Below, piece by piece: positions 43,200-53,577 of a stretch of 64,000 bases of DNA; position 1 is the stretch's first letter, and every line of letters begins with the position of its first letter. The DNA is taken from IMG/VR virus record IMGVR_UViG_3300045988_184100, positions 33,784-97,783 of that record, one strand, 5' to 3'. Source of the DNA: a virus. Under the pieces are notes generated by a model. That model searched no databases. It was not told the DNA's origin and saw only the letters and a list, made by a program, of their open reading frames with translations. Made by a program: the position numbers and the translations under genes.

Positions 43200-44711
43200 T
43201 TATCCATTTGTGTTCTCAGCTTCCTTTTGCTTCAAGCGAAGAACTCTGCGGATGAATGGCTTTACATAGGTTTCATCAGGCGCGAGGGAGTACCCAAGAG
43301 CCTCCGCGTACTCCACCGCCTCACGGGACGGCGTTCTCCCCTCGCCCACCTTTCGGATAAAGCCCTGAATGGCTCTGGGAGCCTCCTCATAGGCTTCGTC
43401 GCCCTTACGGGTGTATCCACCCCTGCCTGCCATCTCCACGCCGTCGTAGGCGTTCCTGAGGCGTCCTCCGCGACCGTAGTAGCTTATGGATACCTCATCG
43501 AATTTCCGGACGCCCTTATTGTCGAGGGACAGATACTTGACATGGCTGCTTAGTTGCGACAGCAGTTCTGGGCCTTTGCGCGTTACGGCACAGGCGTAGA
43601 GAGTTAAAACGAGCCGCCTTATGTTCCCGTAGATGACTCTGTCCTCTGAATCGAGGAAAACCGAAAAGAAGAACCCTGTCTTAGTATCATAGTACCCGCT
43701 CAAGTCTCCCTCACAGGTGTCCAGACGGTAAAGCATATAGATGGAATCGCCGTATAGAGTTTCCTTGAGCAAGACCTTCCGGATAATGTCTTTGTCGCTT
43801 GTAAACTCAAACACTGCGCCGTTGGCAGGAAGCGTTGAACTTCGTTTCGTCCGCAACAGCTCATGCATTTCATCAGGCAGCATCGGAGGCAGCGCAACAA
43901 CGGAAAAGAACTTATTTGCGATGGCAGAAAAGCGATGCTGCGGAAGTATGTCGAAGGTGTATTCATTGATGAGCGCAGCCATACCCGCTATTTGGTTGGA
44001 AAAAATCCTGTCTACCTGCGTGTAGCGCTCCAAATCCTCCTTATTTTGGATGTAGCCATATCCCCACTTGCTATAGATTTCCTTGATTTGGGCATCCAAC
44101 TCCATGGGGGAACGAACCTTTCCATCAAGATTCCGGCGCTCCAACTCAAAAGCAGGCTTATCCAAGAAGGGGTAGGTATCTTCCATGACCAACAGTTCGC
44201 CGGTCGTTTTCAAACCGCAGACGACTTTGGTTAAGTCGAACTTATCGGGACGCAGGTATTCCGTCTGCTGAAGGAGGATACTGAAGTAACAGTACACCAC
44301 ATCAATGTTGATGTTAGATTGTTTTTCTTCCTTCGCGGTAAAAAGAAGGCGAGATGCAGCCATGAGAAAATCAAAGAACAGGGCGTATTCGGATTCGTTC
44401 TTGATTCTCTTGGCCATGGAATTGAAAAAGCTGTGAAGGCCCTTGATAAACTTGTCAGGGTTGGCACCGGCCAACTCCACCTGAGACTCATACAGACGAG
44501 AGAACTCCTTGCTATCTATATCACTACAAAAGAAGTACAGCGAAGAAGATAACTCAGTAAAAGGAATATTTTGCAGTGTACTCACAGTTACGATTGCAGT
44601 GTTCATCGTTCTCCGCTGCAATATGTTTGCTGGCCCATAACCGCTGCCGTTTTTCCGGTCGAACCAGTTGCTCCACTTTTTCAAGAGCGCGTAATCGGCA
44701 TCCATCGGCAT
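43200..44711 (-). CDS. Hypothetical protein (503 aa)
   Basis: ORF with GAGGAG Shine-Dalgarno. Confidence 0.45.
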   Translation of the reverse strand: MPMDADYALLKKWSNWFDRKNGSGYGPANILQRRTMNTAIVTVSTLQNIPFTELSSSLYFFCSDIDSKEFSRLYESQVELAGANPDKFIKGLHSFFNSMAKRIKNESEYALFFDFLMAASRLLFTAKEEKQSNINIDVVYCYFSILLQQTEYLRPDKFDLTKVVCGLKTTGELLVMEDTYPFLDKPAFELERRNLDGKVRSPMELDAQIKEIYSKWGYGYIQNKEDLERYTQVDRIFSNQIAGMAALINEYTFDILPQHRFSAIANKFFSVVALPPMLPDEMHELLRTKRSSTLPANGAVFEFTSDKDIIRKVLLKETLYGDSIYMLYRLDTCEGDLSGYYDTKTGFFFSVFLDSEDRVIYGNIRRLVLTLYACAVTRKGPELLSQLSSHVKYLSLDNKGVRKFDEVSISYYGRGGRLRNAYDGVEMAGRGGYTRKGDEAYEEAPRAIQGFIRKVGEGRTPSREAVEYAEALGYSLAPDETYVKPFIRRVLRLKQKEAENTNG

Positions 44712-44821
44712 TTGAAAACTCCTCTTCTTTGTTTTTTAATTATTCTACCATGTGAGAAGTCGGAAAACCAGCGTGTTTTGCGAAAACTTTTTTATCCCAA
44801 AAGTCATCCGCGATAAAGAGT

Positions 44822-45553
44822 CTACCTATTTTCAAATCTTATGAGCTCAGAAGCGCTCTCAAGATATGTTTTAACAGCGCCTTCCACTTCGTTCACATAC
44901 TCTGCTTGACACGGAACGAACACAACATAAAGCTCACATCCTGCCCGAACAGCGTCACACACAGCGACAGAAGCTGCAGCCTTGCACGAAAGATGAGCAT
45001 ACGCCCGTGAGCAGCACGCTCCGACGGAGGACGAACCAATGAAAACCGCATTGAGACAACGATTCAATTCATCCACCTCCGCAATCACATACACACCTGA
45101 ACAGAAGACATATTTATATCCAAACAAAGCTCCATTGGAACACGCATTCATCCCCCTCCGGCTGGGCGCGGAATCCCAATCACGCAGAAAGTCTTTACGT
45201 GAAATTGGAACACTTCCCACTACATTTGCCTCAATTTCAAGACGACGCTTCTTGGCGAAAACTGCACCGCCTATTTCGAAAGAAAGACAACAAAGCAGAA
45301 GTGCTACAGTTATAAGCCCTATCCATACCTTCATCCAATTATCCTTTAAGAACTGACCCGCCGCATTCATGGGCTTTTCTAAGAAATCAAACCATCCATA
45401 GCAGTCGGCCAAAAGGATAAGTAGAATTCCAGCGAGAATAACTACAGTCAGCACGAAAATACGCGGGAGGACGCTCGTTTTATCCTCGACCTTGTTCCCA
45501 TTGTTGTCGTAACCCGCCTCGTTTTGTTTTGCTTTTTTCCCCATTTTTTTCAC
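44822..45553 (-). CDS. Membrane protein (243 aa)
   Basis: ORF with AAAGGTGA Shine-Dalgarno. TM helices. Confidence 0.4.
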   Translation of the reverse strand: MKKMGKKAKQNEAGYDNNGNKVEDKTSVLPRIFVLTVVILAGILLILLADCYGWFDFLEKPMNAAGQFLKDNWMKVWIGLITVALLLCCLSFEIGGAVFAKKRRLEIEANVVGSVPISRKDFLRDWDSAPSRRGMNACSNGALFGYKYVFCSGVYVIAEVDELNRCLNAVFIGSSSVGACCSRAYAHLSCKAAASVAVCDAVRAGCELYVVFVPCQAEYVNEVEGAVKTYLESASELIRFENR

Positions 45554-45640
45554 CTTTTTGTATTGTTGAAAGAGGAGAGGACCTTCCCTCTCCTCTTTTT
45601 AGATAAAGCGTTTTTAACTCTCCTGCCGGAGGTCAAAATC

Positions 45641-45979
45641 TCAGCTAAATACTGATGCCGTGTCAACAGCGGAGTACCATCCACCAACTACACTGGAAAT
45701 CAGTGCGCCGGAAAGGATGGTGCCGAGGATACTCAGACCGACTGCCACGCAGAATCCAATCAGTGCCCACTTCCCCACCGCCTTCGCCTTAATGGGGGTC
45801 GAATTCTGCCACGACAGATACAGAATCAGGCCAACCAGTGGGATGAGGAATGACAGGATGTTCAGACCGGTAGAAGGCTTGTCCACCTCGACATTCTTGC
45901 TCGCCACGGCGCAGCCGCAGAAAGGACAGACAACAGCGTTATCAGAGACCTCTTTGCCACAATTATTACAGTATTTCAT
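45641..45979 (-). CDS. Zinc-ribbon plus transmembrane protein (112 aa)
   Basis: MKYCNNCGKEVSDNAVVCPFCGC followed by two TM helices. ATG after AAAGGAA. Confidence 0.4.
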   Translation of the reverse strand: MKYCNNCGKEVSDNAVVCPFCGCAVASKNVEVDKPSTGLNILSFLIPLVGLILYLSWQNSTPIKAKAVGKWALIGFCVAVGLSILGTILSGALISSVVGGWYSAVDTASVFS

Positions 45980-46024
45980 TTCCTTTTCTCTCTTTCCGGG
46001 GAGGTGCTCTCCCCTACTGTTATA

Positions 46025-46065
46025 TTTGTAAAAGCAGAGGGCGCAGGCACAAGGTCTGCGCCCCC
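46025..46065 (-). terminator. Intrinsic terminator of the giant adhesin gene
   Basis: GGGCGCAGACCTTGTGCCTGCGCCC followed by a T-rich run on the minus strand. Confidence 0.45.
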
Positions 46066-46105
46066 TGCATTCACTTTGGGGTTTACTCACCACATGATGA
46101 GCTGC

Positions 46106-49100
46106 TTACTCGGCGCCATACTCCTTCTTGCGGCGGAACATGAACACCGCAGTGCCGCAGCAAGCAATGGCACTGAACGTACCCAGCATGGCCCACAGGC
46201 CGATGCCCTCATCGCCAGTCTGGACACTGTCGCGGAAATACACCGTCTGGGCACCGTCCATCAGGTCGTTGTGGGTAGCAATGACATTACCCGCCTCAGC
46301 ACGACCCTCATACAGAGTCTCGAATACCACGAGCGCATGGTCCTTCAGCTTGGATGCGTCGAACTTGAACGTAACATTCACAGCCCCGTTGGAGGACTTG
46401 GGCGTAAAGGTCGTGGTAGCCGTTACCAGATTCCCCTTATTGTCCTTGAGGGCAACACCGGAATCCTTATCCATCAGCGTACCAACCAGCACGTAGGTCT
46501 TGCCCACAGTCAGGCCGGTATAGTTGACGGTGTCCACGATTTTCACGTTCTTACCAGCAACGGAGTTCTTCTTCTCCTTGCCATCGAAGGTAGCGGTGGT
46601 GGAAATGCTCGGACCGGAATAGGTCGGGATGCGCTTGATGGTCACAGTCTGGTCAACATCGTTGATGTCGGCGTGAGTCGCGACCGTAGTACCATTGCGG
46701 GTCAGGGTCTCGAACACGACCAGCGTCTTACCGCCCAGAATGGATGCATCAAACACGAAACTCACATCCACAGTACCGTCAGAGGATTTGGCCTCGAACT
46801 CGGTAGTGGCGGTGATTTCCTTGTTGTTGCGGCCCAGAACAGGCTCACCTGTCGCCTTGTCCATCAGCTTACCGATTACGGTGTACTTATTGCCGGCAAT
46901 CAGGCCCTTATAGGACACGGTATCGACCAGCTCGACCTTGCTGTAGGCCCAGAATTCCTTCTTGCCATCAGCCGCGTTCTTAGCGGTGGTCTTGATTTCA
47001 GGGCTGTTGACAGTCACGGTCTGGTCAACATCGTTGATGTCGGCATGAACTGCGATTTCAATGTCCTTGTACTGCAGGGACTCGAATACAACGATAGACT
47101 GGCCACGCAGCAGAGATGCATCGAGCACGAAGAACACGTCAACGGTGCCATTGGACGCCTCAGCGGTGAAAGTAACGGAGGAGGTAATTTCCTTTCCGTC
47201 CTTATCCTTCAGTGGCTCGTTGGTAGCCTTGTTCATCAGCTTACCGGAAACAGTGTACTTCTCGCCAGCAATCAGGCCCTTATAGGACACGGTATCCTTG
47301 ATTTCAGCGCGGGCTTCGGGGTCGAGGGTCTTGCCGTTGGTGGCGTTGTTCACGGCCTTTGTACCGATTTCGGGAACGCCGATGGTGACGGTCTGCCCCT
47401 CATCGTTGATATCCTCGTGACTCACAAACACGGGTTTATTGGAGTCGCCGGGAACAATCTCGTTGCCCAGATACACACGCTCGAATACCACCAGAGACTT
47501 GCCGGCCAGCTTGGAAGCGTCAAAGACGAACTTCACATCCACCGTACCAGTGGCAGCTTCGGGAGTGAACACCTTGTAAGAGGTAACGGGGTCGCCGTTG
47601 GCATCGGTAACAGGCTTGCCGGTGGCCTTATCCATCAGCGTACCGATAGCGATGAACTCCTTACCCACGGGCATATTCTCGTAGGAGATGGTATCCACCA
47701 GAATCACATCAGCCAGAGGCATGAACTCCTTGCCTCCAACAGCGTTCTTGGCCGTGGTGCCAATCTTGGGATTCAGGATTACAACGGTCTGGTCAACATC
47801 GTTGATGTCAGCATGGGTAGCAACGACACGGTTGCCGCGCTTCAGGTCCTCGAAAACAACGATGGACTCGCCACCCAGCAGAGACGCATCAAAGGTGAAC
47901 TCCAGCTCCACAAAGCCAGTGAAGTCGGCCTCAGCCTTGAAGGTCTTAGAGGCGGTAATGCGATTACCCTCGGCGTCCAGCAGAGGCTCGCCGGTGGACT
48001 TAACCACCAGATATCCCTCGACCGTATAGGTCTTGTTGGGGATAACGTCGGTGCATTCCACCTTATCGACGATAGTGACGGTGGTGGACGGAACGATTTC
48101 CTTGTTGCCGTCCTTGTCGGTTGCAGTAGTCTTGACCTTGGGAGTCACCGCCTCGTCCTCGGCGATGATATTCACAGTCACCAGACCGGTCTCGGCATCC
48201 AGAGAAATGGTATCGGGCGTAACGCTGAAGGTAATCGGGGTATCCATCAGCTCATAACCCTTCGGGGGTACGATTTCGACCAGATGATAGTTCTCGCCGT
48301 AAGGCAGAACCAGCGGGGTCACAAAATAACCCTCATCATTGGTCTCGAATGTATCAATATAAGTTACCGTGGGGTAAGTGACCTTCTGGGACACCTTGTT
48401 CCCGTCAGGGTCGTAAATCTGGAACTTCGCGCCGCCCCAAGGAATGACCTCGCCGTCAAGCTCATCGACCTTCACAACGCGCAGGTACGCGGTAATAGGT
48501 CCGTTGTTGACAGCCAAGTCGTGATGGTCGTGGTCAACCTCGCCAACCAGAACGGTGAACTCAGGCGCGAGCCCCGCACCCTTATCGCCGGCCTTGGTCT
48601 GATGCACCACATAGGTGCCGTAGGGCAGCTCGATAGACTTGCCGCTGTAACCCAAGTCGTTGGTCGTCAGGATACCGCGCTCGTCATCCTTAGCGTCCTC
48701 GTAAGAGCCGGCGGACTGCAGCCAATACTTGAACTCTGCACCGCCCTCGAACTTAGCGGGACCGGAGGTTCCGTCGGAGATGAACTTGGTGATGGCGAAT
48801 GTGCCGCGATTGATGACCTCGACAGAGGTAATCTGGGGAGCAACGTTGTGTTCGATACGGTAGTTCTCCGGCTCGGCGCCAACGTGATACACGCCCTCAT
48901 CAATCTGATAGCCAGTGGGCGCCTTGATTTCACGGATGGTGTAATCATAGCCGCAGATGTACTCGTCAGTGGTAAACTTGCCGTCGCTGCCGATAACGTA
49001 CTCCTTCACCAGCTCGTCACCCTTATAGAGACCGTACACAGCACCCTCAAAGACACCATCGCCGCGAGGGATGTTGCCAGTCTCGGCGTCCGTCTTCTCC

Positions 49101-51856
49101 ACAGTGACCTTCCACTTCTTCAGTACGTTGGTCACAGCGGTGTCGGTAACTTTCTGGAACTCCACAACGAGACCTGTCTGCACGGCAGGAATAACATACT
49201 TCACCGCCGTATCGACTTCCTCCAGCGTGTAGTTGTTGCCAATCAGGACATCCTTGAAGATGGCAATACCGTCAGCGTTGGTGGTAGCAGTCAGGTCAAC
49301 AGCATCGCCGGAGATGGCAGTTCCATGCAGCCGGAAGGTAATGCCCTCGACCATGCCGTCCTCAGAGGTCTTGGTAACGCGCAGGTCGCCGCGCTTGAGC
49401 TTGTTGTAGACATTCACGGGGGTGGTGTTATCCAGAGTAACCTTCACGCCGTTTGTCACAGCGGGAACGATATACTTGGCAGCCGTGTTCACTTCCTCAA
49501 CGCTGTAGTTGTTGCCAATCAGAACGTTGTTGAAGGTGGCAACTCCGGCGTCATTGGTCACGGCGGTCATATCCACCGTCTCGCCGTTGATAGCAGTACC
49601 GGACAGACGGAACGTGATACCAGCGGCCTTGCCGTCCTCGGAGGTCTTCTTAACCTCAACGGCGCCGCGAGCCAGCTTATTATGGAAGTTCAAGCTGGTG
49701 GTGTTGTTGAGCGTGACGGTCACATTGCTCTGGACAGCGGGAACAACGTACCGCTCGGCGGTGTTGATTTCCTGTACGGTATAGTTATTACCGATAAGGA
49801 TTTCTCTGAACATGACGACACCGTTCTCGTCGGTAGAAGCAGTTTCATTGACTGCTGCACCGGAGATAGACGTACCGGTCAGCCGGAAGGTCATGCCTGC
49901 CACGAAGCCATCCTCGGAGGTCTTCGTGATTTTCAGATTGCCGCGAGCCAGCTTGTTCTCAAACTGAGCGGGGGTGCTGGTGTTGTACTCAACCACCACG
50001 CCAGCCTGCACCGCAGGAACAACATACTTCGCTGCGGTGTTGATTTCCTCCAGCTTATAGTTGTTGCCCACAGGAACATTATTGAAGGTAGCCACGCCGT
50101 TGGCATCCGTAACAGCCGTCATGTTGACAGCCGTACCTGCTGCGGAAGTGCCGGACAGACGGAAGGTGTGACCAGCAATCTGACCATCCTCTGAGGTCTT
50201 AGTCACCTTTACGGCGCCCTTCTTCAGCACGTTGCTGAAGTTCACCGTCTTAAAATCGCCGATTGCGATGTTTACGGACTGGGGCTGCGTCGGGATGTAG
50301 TTGTCAGGTGTATTCTCCGTTACGGTATAAGTACCGGGCTGCAAATCGGTAATGGCAATCTTACCGTTTGCACCAGTGGTCACAGTCTTGCTGTAACCGT
50401 TGGGGCCCGTGACCGTGAAACTCACGCCGCCTACTTTGCCATCCTCGGAGGTCTTGGCAATGTTCAAATCACCGGTGGTTTTCGTGACCTTGGCGCGGAC
50501 GTAGGCAGTAACGGGGTCGGGTCGCCCGTTCAGCGCAACACAATTCTGCTTGCCTCCACCCGCGACGAGGAGATAAGCATTGATGCTGTCGGGGTCAATC
50601 GCATTTCCCTCGGAAGGGCGAGATACAATCCCGTTCAACATACTCTTCGCAGCTTCCGGAGTGGCTGTAATTGTCAGATTGTTTCCACTTTGGAAGGTGC
50701 TCACACCAGACAGACTGAACTCAAAGTCTTCAAAATTTCTCAAGACTCTGTTTGTATCTGTTCTTGTAGCCGTCCACGAAGTACCATCCCACGTGAGTTC
50801 GATATCCTTCGATGTGTTGTATGGATATGCAACAGCAAAGCTGGGGATGGTGCTCTGCTGGTTAATCTTTTCCCAGATATAATCATGTGCTGCCTTAATA
50901 GGTTCTGCAACAGAGGCGTCATAGGAATGGCCGGGACCCACAAACAGGTCACTCAAGTCACTGTAGCCGCCAACAATTTCCCAGATAACCTCTTGTGTGG
51001 CACACCACGCATAAGTGCCGTTGCCGGCATACCAAAGCAACGTCGAGTCGTCTACCCCACCGTAGCCATAGGCAAGTGCGAGGCGGACTCGGTTGTTCTC
51101 CCAATAACTGCTGGCATCAACGGAGGTTCCGGAGCCGGGGGCATTCTTATGAGGCTCAATACAGTAAGCAGGCTGGCCGTTGAAGTATTTCACAACGGCA
51201 CTGGAGTAGGGGGCAAACTCGGCCATCCACTTGCTGTTATAACTCATGTCATCACCGGTCGTAATGGTTCCGGAGGAACGAGCGGGGGCTCTCATTGCAC
51301 TGATAGCTCTGGGTGCGTTCTGCGCTGACCCATAAAGGACGGAAACGCTCACAGGAGTTTCCTCTCCAGCATAAGGGTCACGAAGTCCATCCTCTGCCGA
51401 GGGGTCTTCTCCTGCCTCCTTACTCTCTTCCTTTTTCGCCTCTGCGGGCTCTCCATTCTTTACCTCGTCAGAAGAGGATGATGTCTCCGCCTTGTCAGGC
51501 TTTTCAGACATATCGGGCTTCTGCTCCGCTTCTGTCCCCACATTGGTCTTTGCGTCTCCCGCAACATCCTTGGCATCAGCTTTGCCGCCATTTTCCGTTG
51601 AAGGCGTTTCCGCATCGCCAACGCTGTTGCCAGTACCCGCAACATCGGTGCCCTTGTCGTCCGCCGATTCGCCAGTGGGCAGCGCATCGGCATCCTCGGC
51701 GCTTGGCGTATCTGCCGTCTGCTCGACAACTGTACTGACGACGGAAGTGTTGCCTTCACCCGCATCGTCGGCATACACAGAGGTCGGAAGCATTCCGACC
51801 ACCATCACCAGTGTCAACAGCATTGCAACAACGCCACGCATCTTCTTGTGTTTCAT
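46106..51856 (-). CDS. Giant sortase-anchored surface adhesin (1916 aa): signal peptide, acidic region, adhesive N-domain, SpaA/CnaB-like domains, about 9 Thr-Gln ester-bond Ig-like stalk repeats, C-terminal sorting signal
   Basis: MKHKKMRGVVAMLLTLVMVVGML signal. Repeated KTSEDG...ATTDANGVATF modules. Repeated H-x-D-x-x-D-x-x-Q-T-V motifs (for example ATHADINDVDQTVT). C-terminal VQTGDEG, hydrophobic segment, RRKKEY. Confidence 0.75.
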   Translation of the reverse strand: MKHKKMRGVVAMLLTLVMVVGMLPTSVYADDAGEGNTSVVSTVVEQTADTPSAEDADALPTGESADDKGTDVAGTGNSVGDAETPSTENGGKADAKDVAGDAKTNVGTEAEQKPDMSEKPDKAETSSSSDEVKNGEPAEAKKEESKEAGEDPSAEDGLRDPYAGEETPVSVSVLYGSAQNAPRAISAMRAPARSSGTITTGDDMSYNSKWMAEFAPYSSAVVKYFNGQPAYCIEPHKNAPGSGTSVDASSYWENNRVRLALAYGYGGVDDSTLLWYAGNGTYAWCATQEVIWEIVGGYSDLSDLFVGPGHSYDASVAEPIKAAHDYIWEKINQQSTIPSFAVAYPYNTSKDIELTWDGTSWTATRTDTNRVLRNFEDFEFSLSGVSTFQSGNNLTITATPEAAKSMLNGIVSRPSEGNAIDPDSINAYLLVAGGGKQNCVALNGRPDPVTAYVRAKVTKTTGDLNIAKTSEDGKVGGVSFTVTGPNGYSKTVTTGANGKIAITDLQPGTYTVTENTPDNYIPTQPQSVNIAIGDFKTVNFSNVLKKGAVKVTKTSEDGQIAGHTFRLSGTSAAGTAVNMTAVTDANGVATFNNVPVGNNYKLEEINTAAKYVVPAVQAGVVVEYNTSTPAQFENKLARGNLKITKTSEDGFVAGMTFRLTGTSISGAAVNETASTDENGVVMFREILIGNNYTVQEINTAERYVVPAVQSNVTVTLNNTTSLNFHNKLARGAVEVKKTSEDGKAAGITFRLSGTAINGETVDMTAVTNDAGVATFNNVLIGNNYSVEEVNTAAKYIVPAVTNGVKVTLDNTTPVNVYNKLKRGDLRVTKTSEDGMVEGITFRLHGTAISGDAVDLTATTNADGIAIFKDVLIGNNYTLEEVDTAVKYVIPAVQTGLVVEFQKVTDTAVTNVLKKWKVTVEKTDAETGNIPRGDGVFEGAVYGLYKGDELVKEYVIGSDGKFTTDEYICGYDYTIREIKAPTGYQIDEGVYHVGAEPENYRIEHNVAPQITSVEVINRGTFAITKFISDGTSGPAKFEGGAEFKYWLQSAGSYEDAKDDERGILTTNDLGYSGKSIELPYGTYVVHQTKAGDKGAGLAPEFTVLVGEVDHDHHDLAVNNGPITAYLRVVKVDELDGEVIPWGGAKFQIYDPDGNKVSQKVTYPTVTYIDTFETNDEGYFVTPLVLPYGENYHLVEIVPPKGYELMDTPITFSVTPDTISLDAETGLVTVNIIAEDEAVTPKVKTTATDKDGNKEIVPSTTVTIVDKVECTDVIPNKTYTVEGYLVVKSTGEPLLDAEGNRITASKTFKAEADFTGFVELEFTFDASLLGGESIVVFEDLKRGNRVVATHADINDVDQTVVILNPKIGTTAKNAVGGKEFMPLADVILVDTISYENMPVGKEFIAIGTLMDKATGKPVTDANGDPVTSYKVFTPEAATGTVDVKFVFDASKLAGKSLVVFERVYLGNEIVPGDSNKPVFVSHEDINDEGQTVTIGVPEIGTKAVNNATNGKTLDPEARAEIKDTVSYKGLIAGEKYTVSGKLMNKATNEPLKDKDGKEITSSVTFTAEASNGTVDVFFVLDASLLRGQSIVVFESLQYKDIEIAVHADINDVDQTVTVNSPEIKTTAKNAADGKKEFWAYSKVELVDTVSYKGLIAGNKYTVIGKLMDKATGEPVLGRNNKEITATTEFEAKSSDGTVDVSFVFDASILGGKTLVVFETLTRNGTTVATHADINDVDQTVTIKRIPTYSGPSISTTATFDGKEKKNSVAGKNVKIVDTVNYTGLTVGKTYVLVGTLMDKDSGVALKDNKGNLVTATTTFTPKSSNGAVNVTFKFDASKLKDHALVVFETLYEGRAEAGNVIATHNDLMDGAQTVYFRDSVQTGDEGIGLWAMLGTFSAIACCGTAVFMFRRKKEYGAE
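50489..50700. repeat. Near-identical DNA tract shared by the two adhesin paralogs (matches 63710-63920), consistent with recent gene conversion
   Basis: A 66-nt perfect identity (ACCTTGGCGCGGACGTAGGCAGTAACGGGGTCGGGTCGCCCGTTCAGCGCAACACAATTCTGCTT) is followed by about 140 nt with only scattered mismatches. Confidence 0.6.
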
Positions 51857-52059
51857 GGTATTTGTCTCCTTTCAATGAAAGTATTTAGAGAAAATCAACC
51901 GCCGCTATATTTATCCATTTCTTTTTATTGCCAATTTTGAAATGAAAAACACTCGGAGGCGGATTACCCTCCATGTTTTTATGGTAGCATAATCGAGCAT
52001 ATTGTCAACACACCTAAGAGCACAATTTTGCCAAAGAATTAAACAGGTTGTTCAAAACA

Positions 52060-52101
52060 AGAAAAGCAACAAAAAAAGAACAGCGACTAAGGTCGCTGTT
52101 C
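52060..52101 (-). terminator. Intrinsic terminator
   Basis: GAACAGCGACCTTAGTCGCTGTTC followed by TTTTTTTGTTGC on the minus strand. Confidence 0.5.
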
Positions 52102-52124
52102 TCTGTTACGATTTAACAAATATG

Positions 52125-53324
52125 TTACGCTGCGTAATAAACATAGAATTCGTGATGACCAGCCGAGGCATCCCATCTCGCAACACAGTTTACGGCAGCA
52201 GCCCATCCCTCAACTTCTGGAGTCCATCGTCCGTTTTCTGCAGATACTCTCTTTACTGCATCAACCATTTCTTTAATAGCTGCATTCGCTTGAGCTTGAC
52301 TCCAGTCAGAGTAATCTTCCTCGAAGTAAATAGGTGTCATATAGCTGGGGCAACCGTCCCAGATATCAAAACCGAGGCTCTTTGCATACTCATTTCCTGC
52401 ACGCATCACTTCAGCACAGTCAATGTTCGCTTTAGTAGGCTTGGCGGGCTCAGAAGGCGTGGTGGGAGCCGTGGAACCACCACCCGTGGAACCGGTAGAG
52501 CCGGTGTTTCCAGTGTTACCAGAACCAGAGTTACCCGTATTGCCGGTATTGCCAGCGTTGCCAGTGTTCCCAGTGTTGCCACCAGAGGGGTTTTCGGGGG
52601 TGGTAATCTGCTTGTTGCTCTGGTAGTATGCCCACGCCTCATCAGCGGTGCGGCCACCGGCGGCCTTCTTGGAGCCTGCACCCCACTGACCGTCCGCGCT
52701 TACGCCGTACCAGCGCTGGAGCTCCTTCACCTGTGCGGTGGTCAGAGAACCGTTATCGTAGCTGGGCGTTGCGGGTTTCTGGGGCTCCGGCTTAACCTCA
52801 GGCTTCGTTTCGGGCTTGGTCTCAGGCTTCGTGGTGTCCTGCTTGTTGTCAGCGGGCTTCTGAGTTTCCTGCTTGGCATCATCCTTCTTGGTCTCGTCCT
52901 TCTTAGTGTTATCCACCTTGGTGTCCGTCTTCTGTGCGTCGGACTTGTTCTCGCCATCGGGCTTCGCAGTATCCTCAGGCTTCTGAGTATCTGCCTCGGA
53001 TGCGTCGGTCTTGTTCTCCGCATCCTTTTCCTCGGACTTCTCGTAAGCCGTGATGTCCGCCGCCTTGACGACCACCACGCCCTGCGTGTCCACCACATTG
53101 CCTTCGTCGTCCAGCGTGTAGTCGGTCACGGCGTTGCCGTCCTTATCCACCAGAACCTTCTCTCCGGTCTCAGTCGTCTGTACGTAGCAGCCGATGTCCT
53201 CTCCGGTCTTGGTCTCCTCGTCAGTCTTGTTGCCGCAGGCCATCAAACTCATGGTCATCACCAGAGCCAGCAGCAGGGCGATAAAATTCTTCATCTTTTT
53301 CATAGTTCTTGTCCTTTCATTCAT
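52125..53324 (-). CDS. Lipoprotein with K/T/P-rich linkers, a peptidoglycan-binding-like segment, a (GNT)n low-complexity tract and a C-terminal domain of unknown function (399 aa)
   Basis: MKKMKNFIALLLALVMTMSLMACG lipobox. LQRWYGVSADGQWG resembles PG_binding_1. Tandem 9-bp DNA repeats at about 52490-52600. Confidence 0.5.
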   Translation of the reverse strand: MNERTRTMKKMKNFIALLLALVMTMSLMACGNKTDEETKTGEDIGCYVQTTETGEKVLVDKDGNAVTDYTLDDEGNVVDTQGVVVVKAADITAYEKSEEKDAENKTDASEADTQKPEDTAKPDGENKSDAQKTDTKVDNTKKDETKKDDAKQETQKPADNKQDTTKPETKPETKPEVKPEPQKPATPSYDNGSLTTAQVKELQRWYGVSADGQWGAGSKKAAGGRTADEAWAYYQSNKQITTPENPSGGNTGNTGNAGNTGNTGNSGSGNTGNTGSTGSTGGGSTAPTTPSEPAKPTKANIDCAEVMRAGNEYAKSLGFDIWDGCPSYMTPIYFEEDYSDWSQAQANAAIKEMVDAVKRVSAENGRWTPEVEGWAAAVNCVARWDASAGHHEFYVYYAA

Positions 53325-53412
53325 TTCAAAATTTGCTCAGGGAATGTAATTAAATAATAGACCGTGACGAGGTTTAAGCTGTGGAAAACTTGACATTATT
53401 TTTGATGTGCTT

Positions 53413-53441
53413 ACAATAGCACGATTATAAAAAAATGTCAA
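53413..53441 (-). promoter_or_regulatory. Promoter (TTGACA-17-TATTGT) with the conserved spacer family
   Basis: RC reads TTGACATTTTTTTATAATCGTGCTATTGT. Confidence 0.4.
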
Positions 53442-53577
53442 GTGTGGTTTTTGGAAAATTTTTCGTTTTCTCATCTTAAACCACAAAGCCTTGTGCCTCG
53501 CAAAGACGGAAACCCCTTATATTGCAACGGTTTTGCACGCTTCCCTTCCTTCTGTTTTCAATCAAATAATTTTTTCA

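Noticed and set aside
46004-50194. 1396-aa plus-strand ORF, and other long antisense ORFs (52002-53357, 54143-57010, 58928-62179) inside the adhesin and lipoprotein genes
   Set aside because: They are antisense to strongly supported repetitive coding sequence whose repeat structure suppresses stop codons on the opposite strand. The translations are low-complexity and lack signal peptides and RBSs.
52031-52046. 15/16-nt similarity between right-array spacer B (CAGGATTGTTCAAAAC) and CAGGTTGTTCAAAAC downstream of the lipoprotein gene
   Set aside because: It needs a 1-nt indel, covers only half the spacer, and lies in an AT-rich terminator-proximal region. This is consistent with chance in a 64-kb window.
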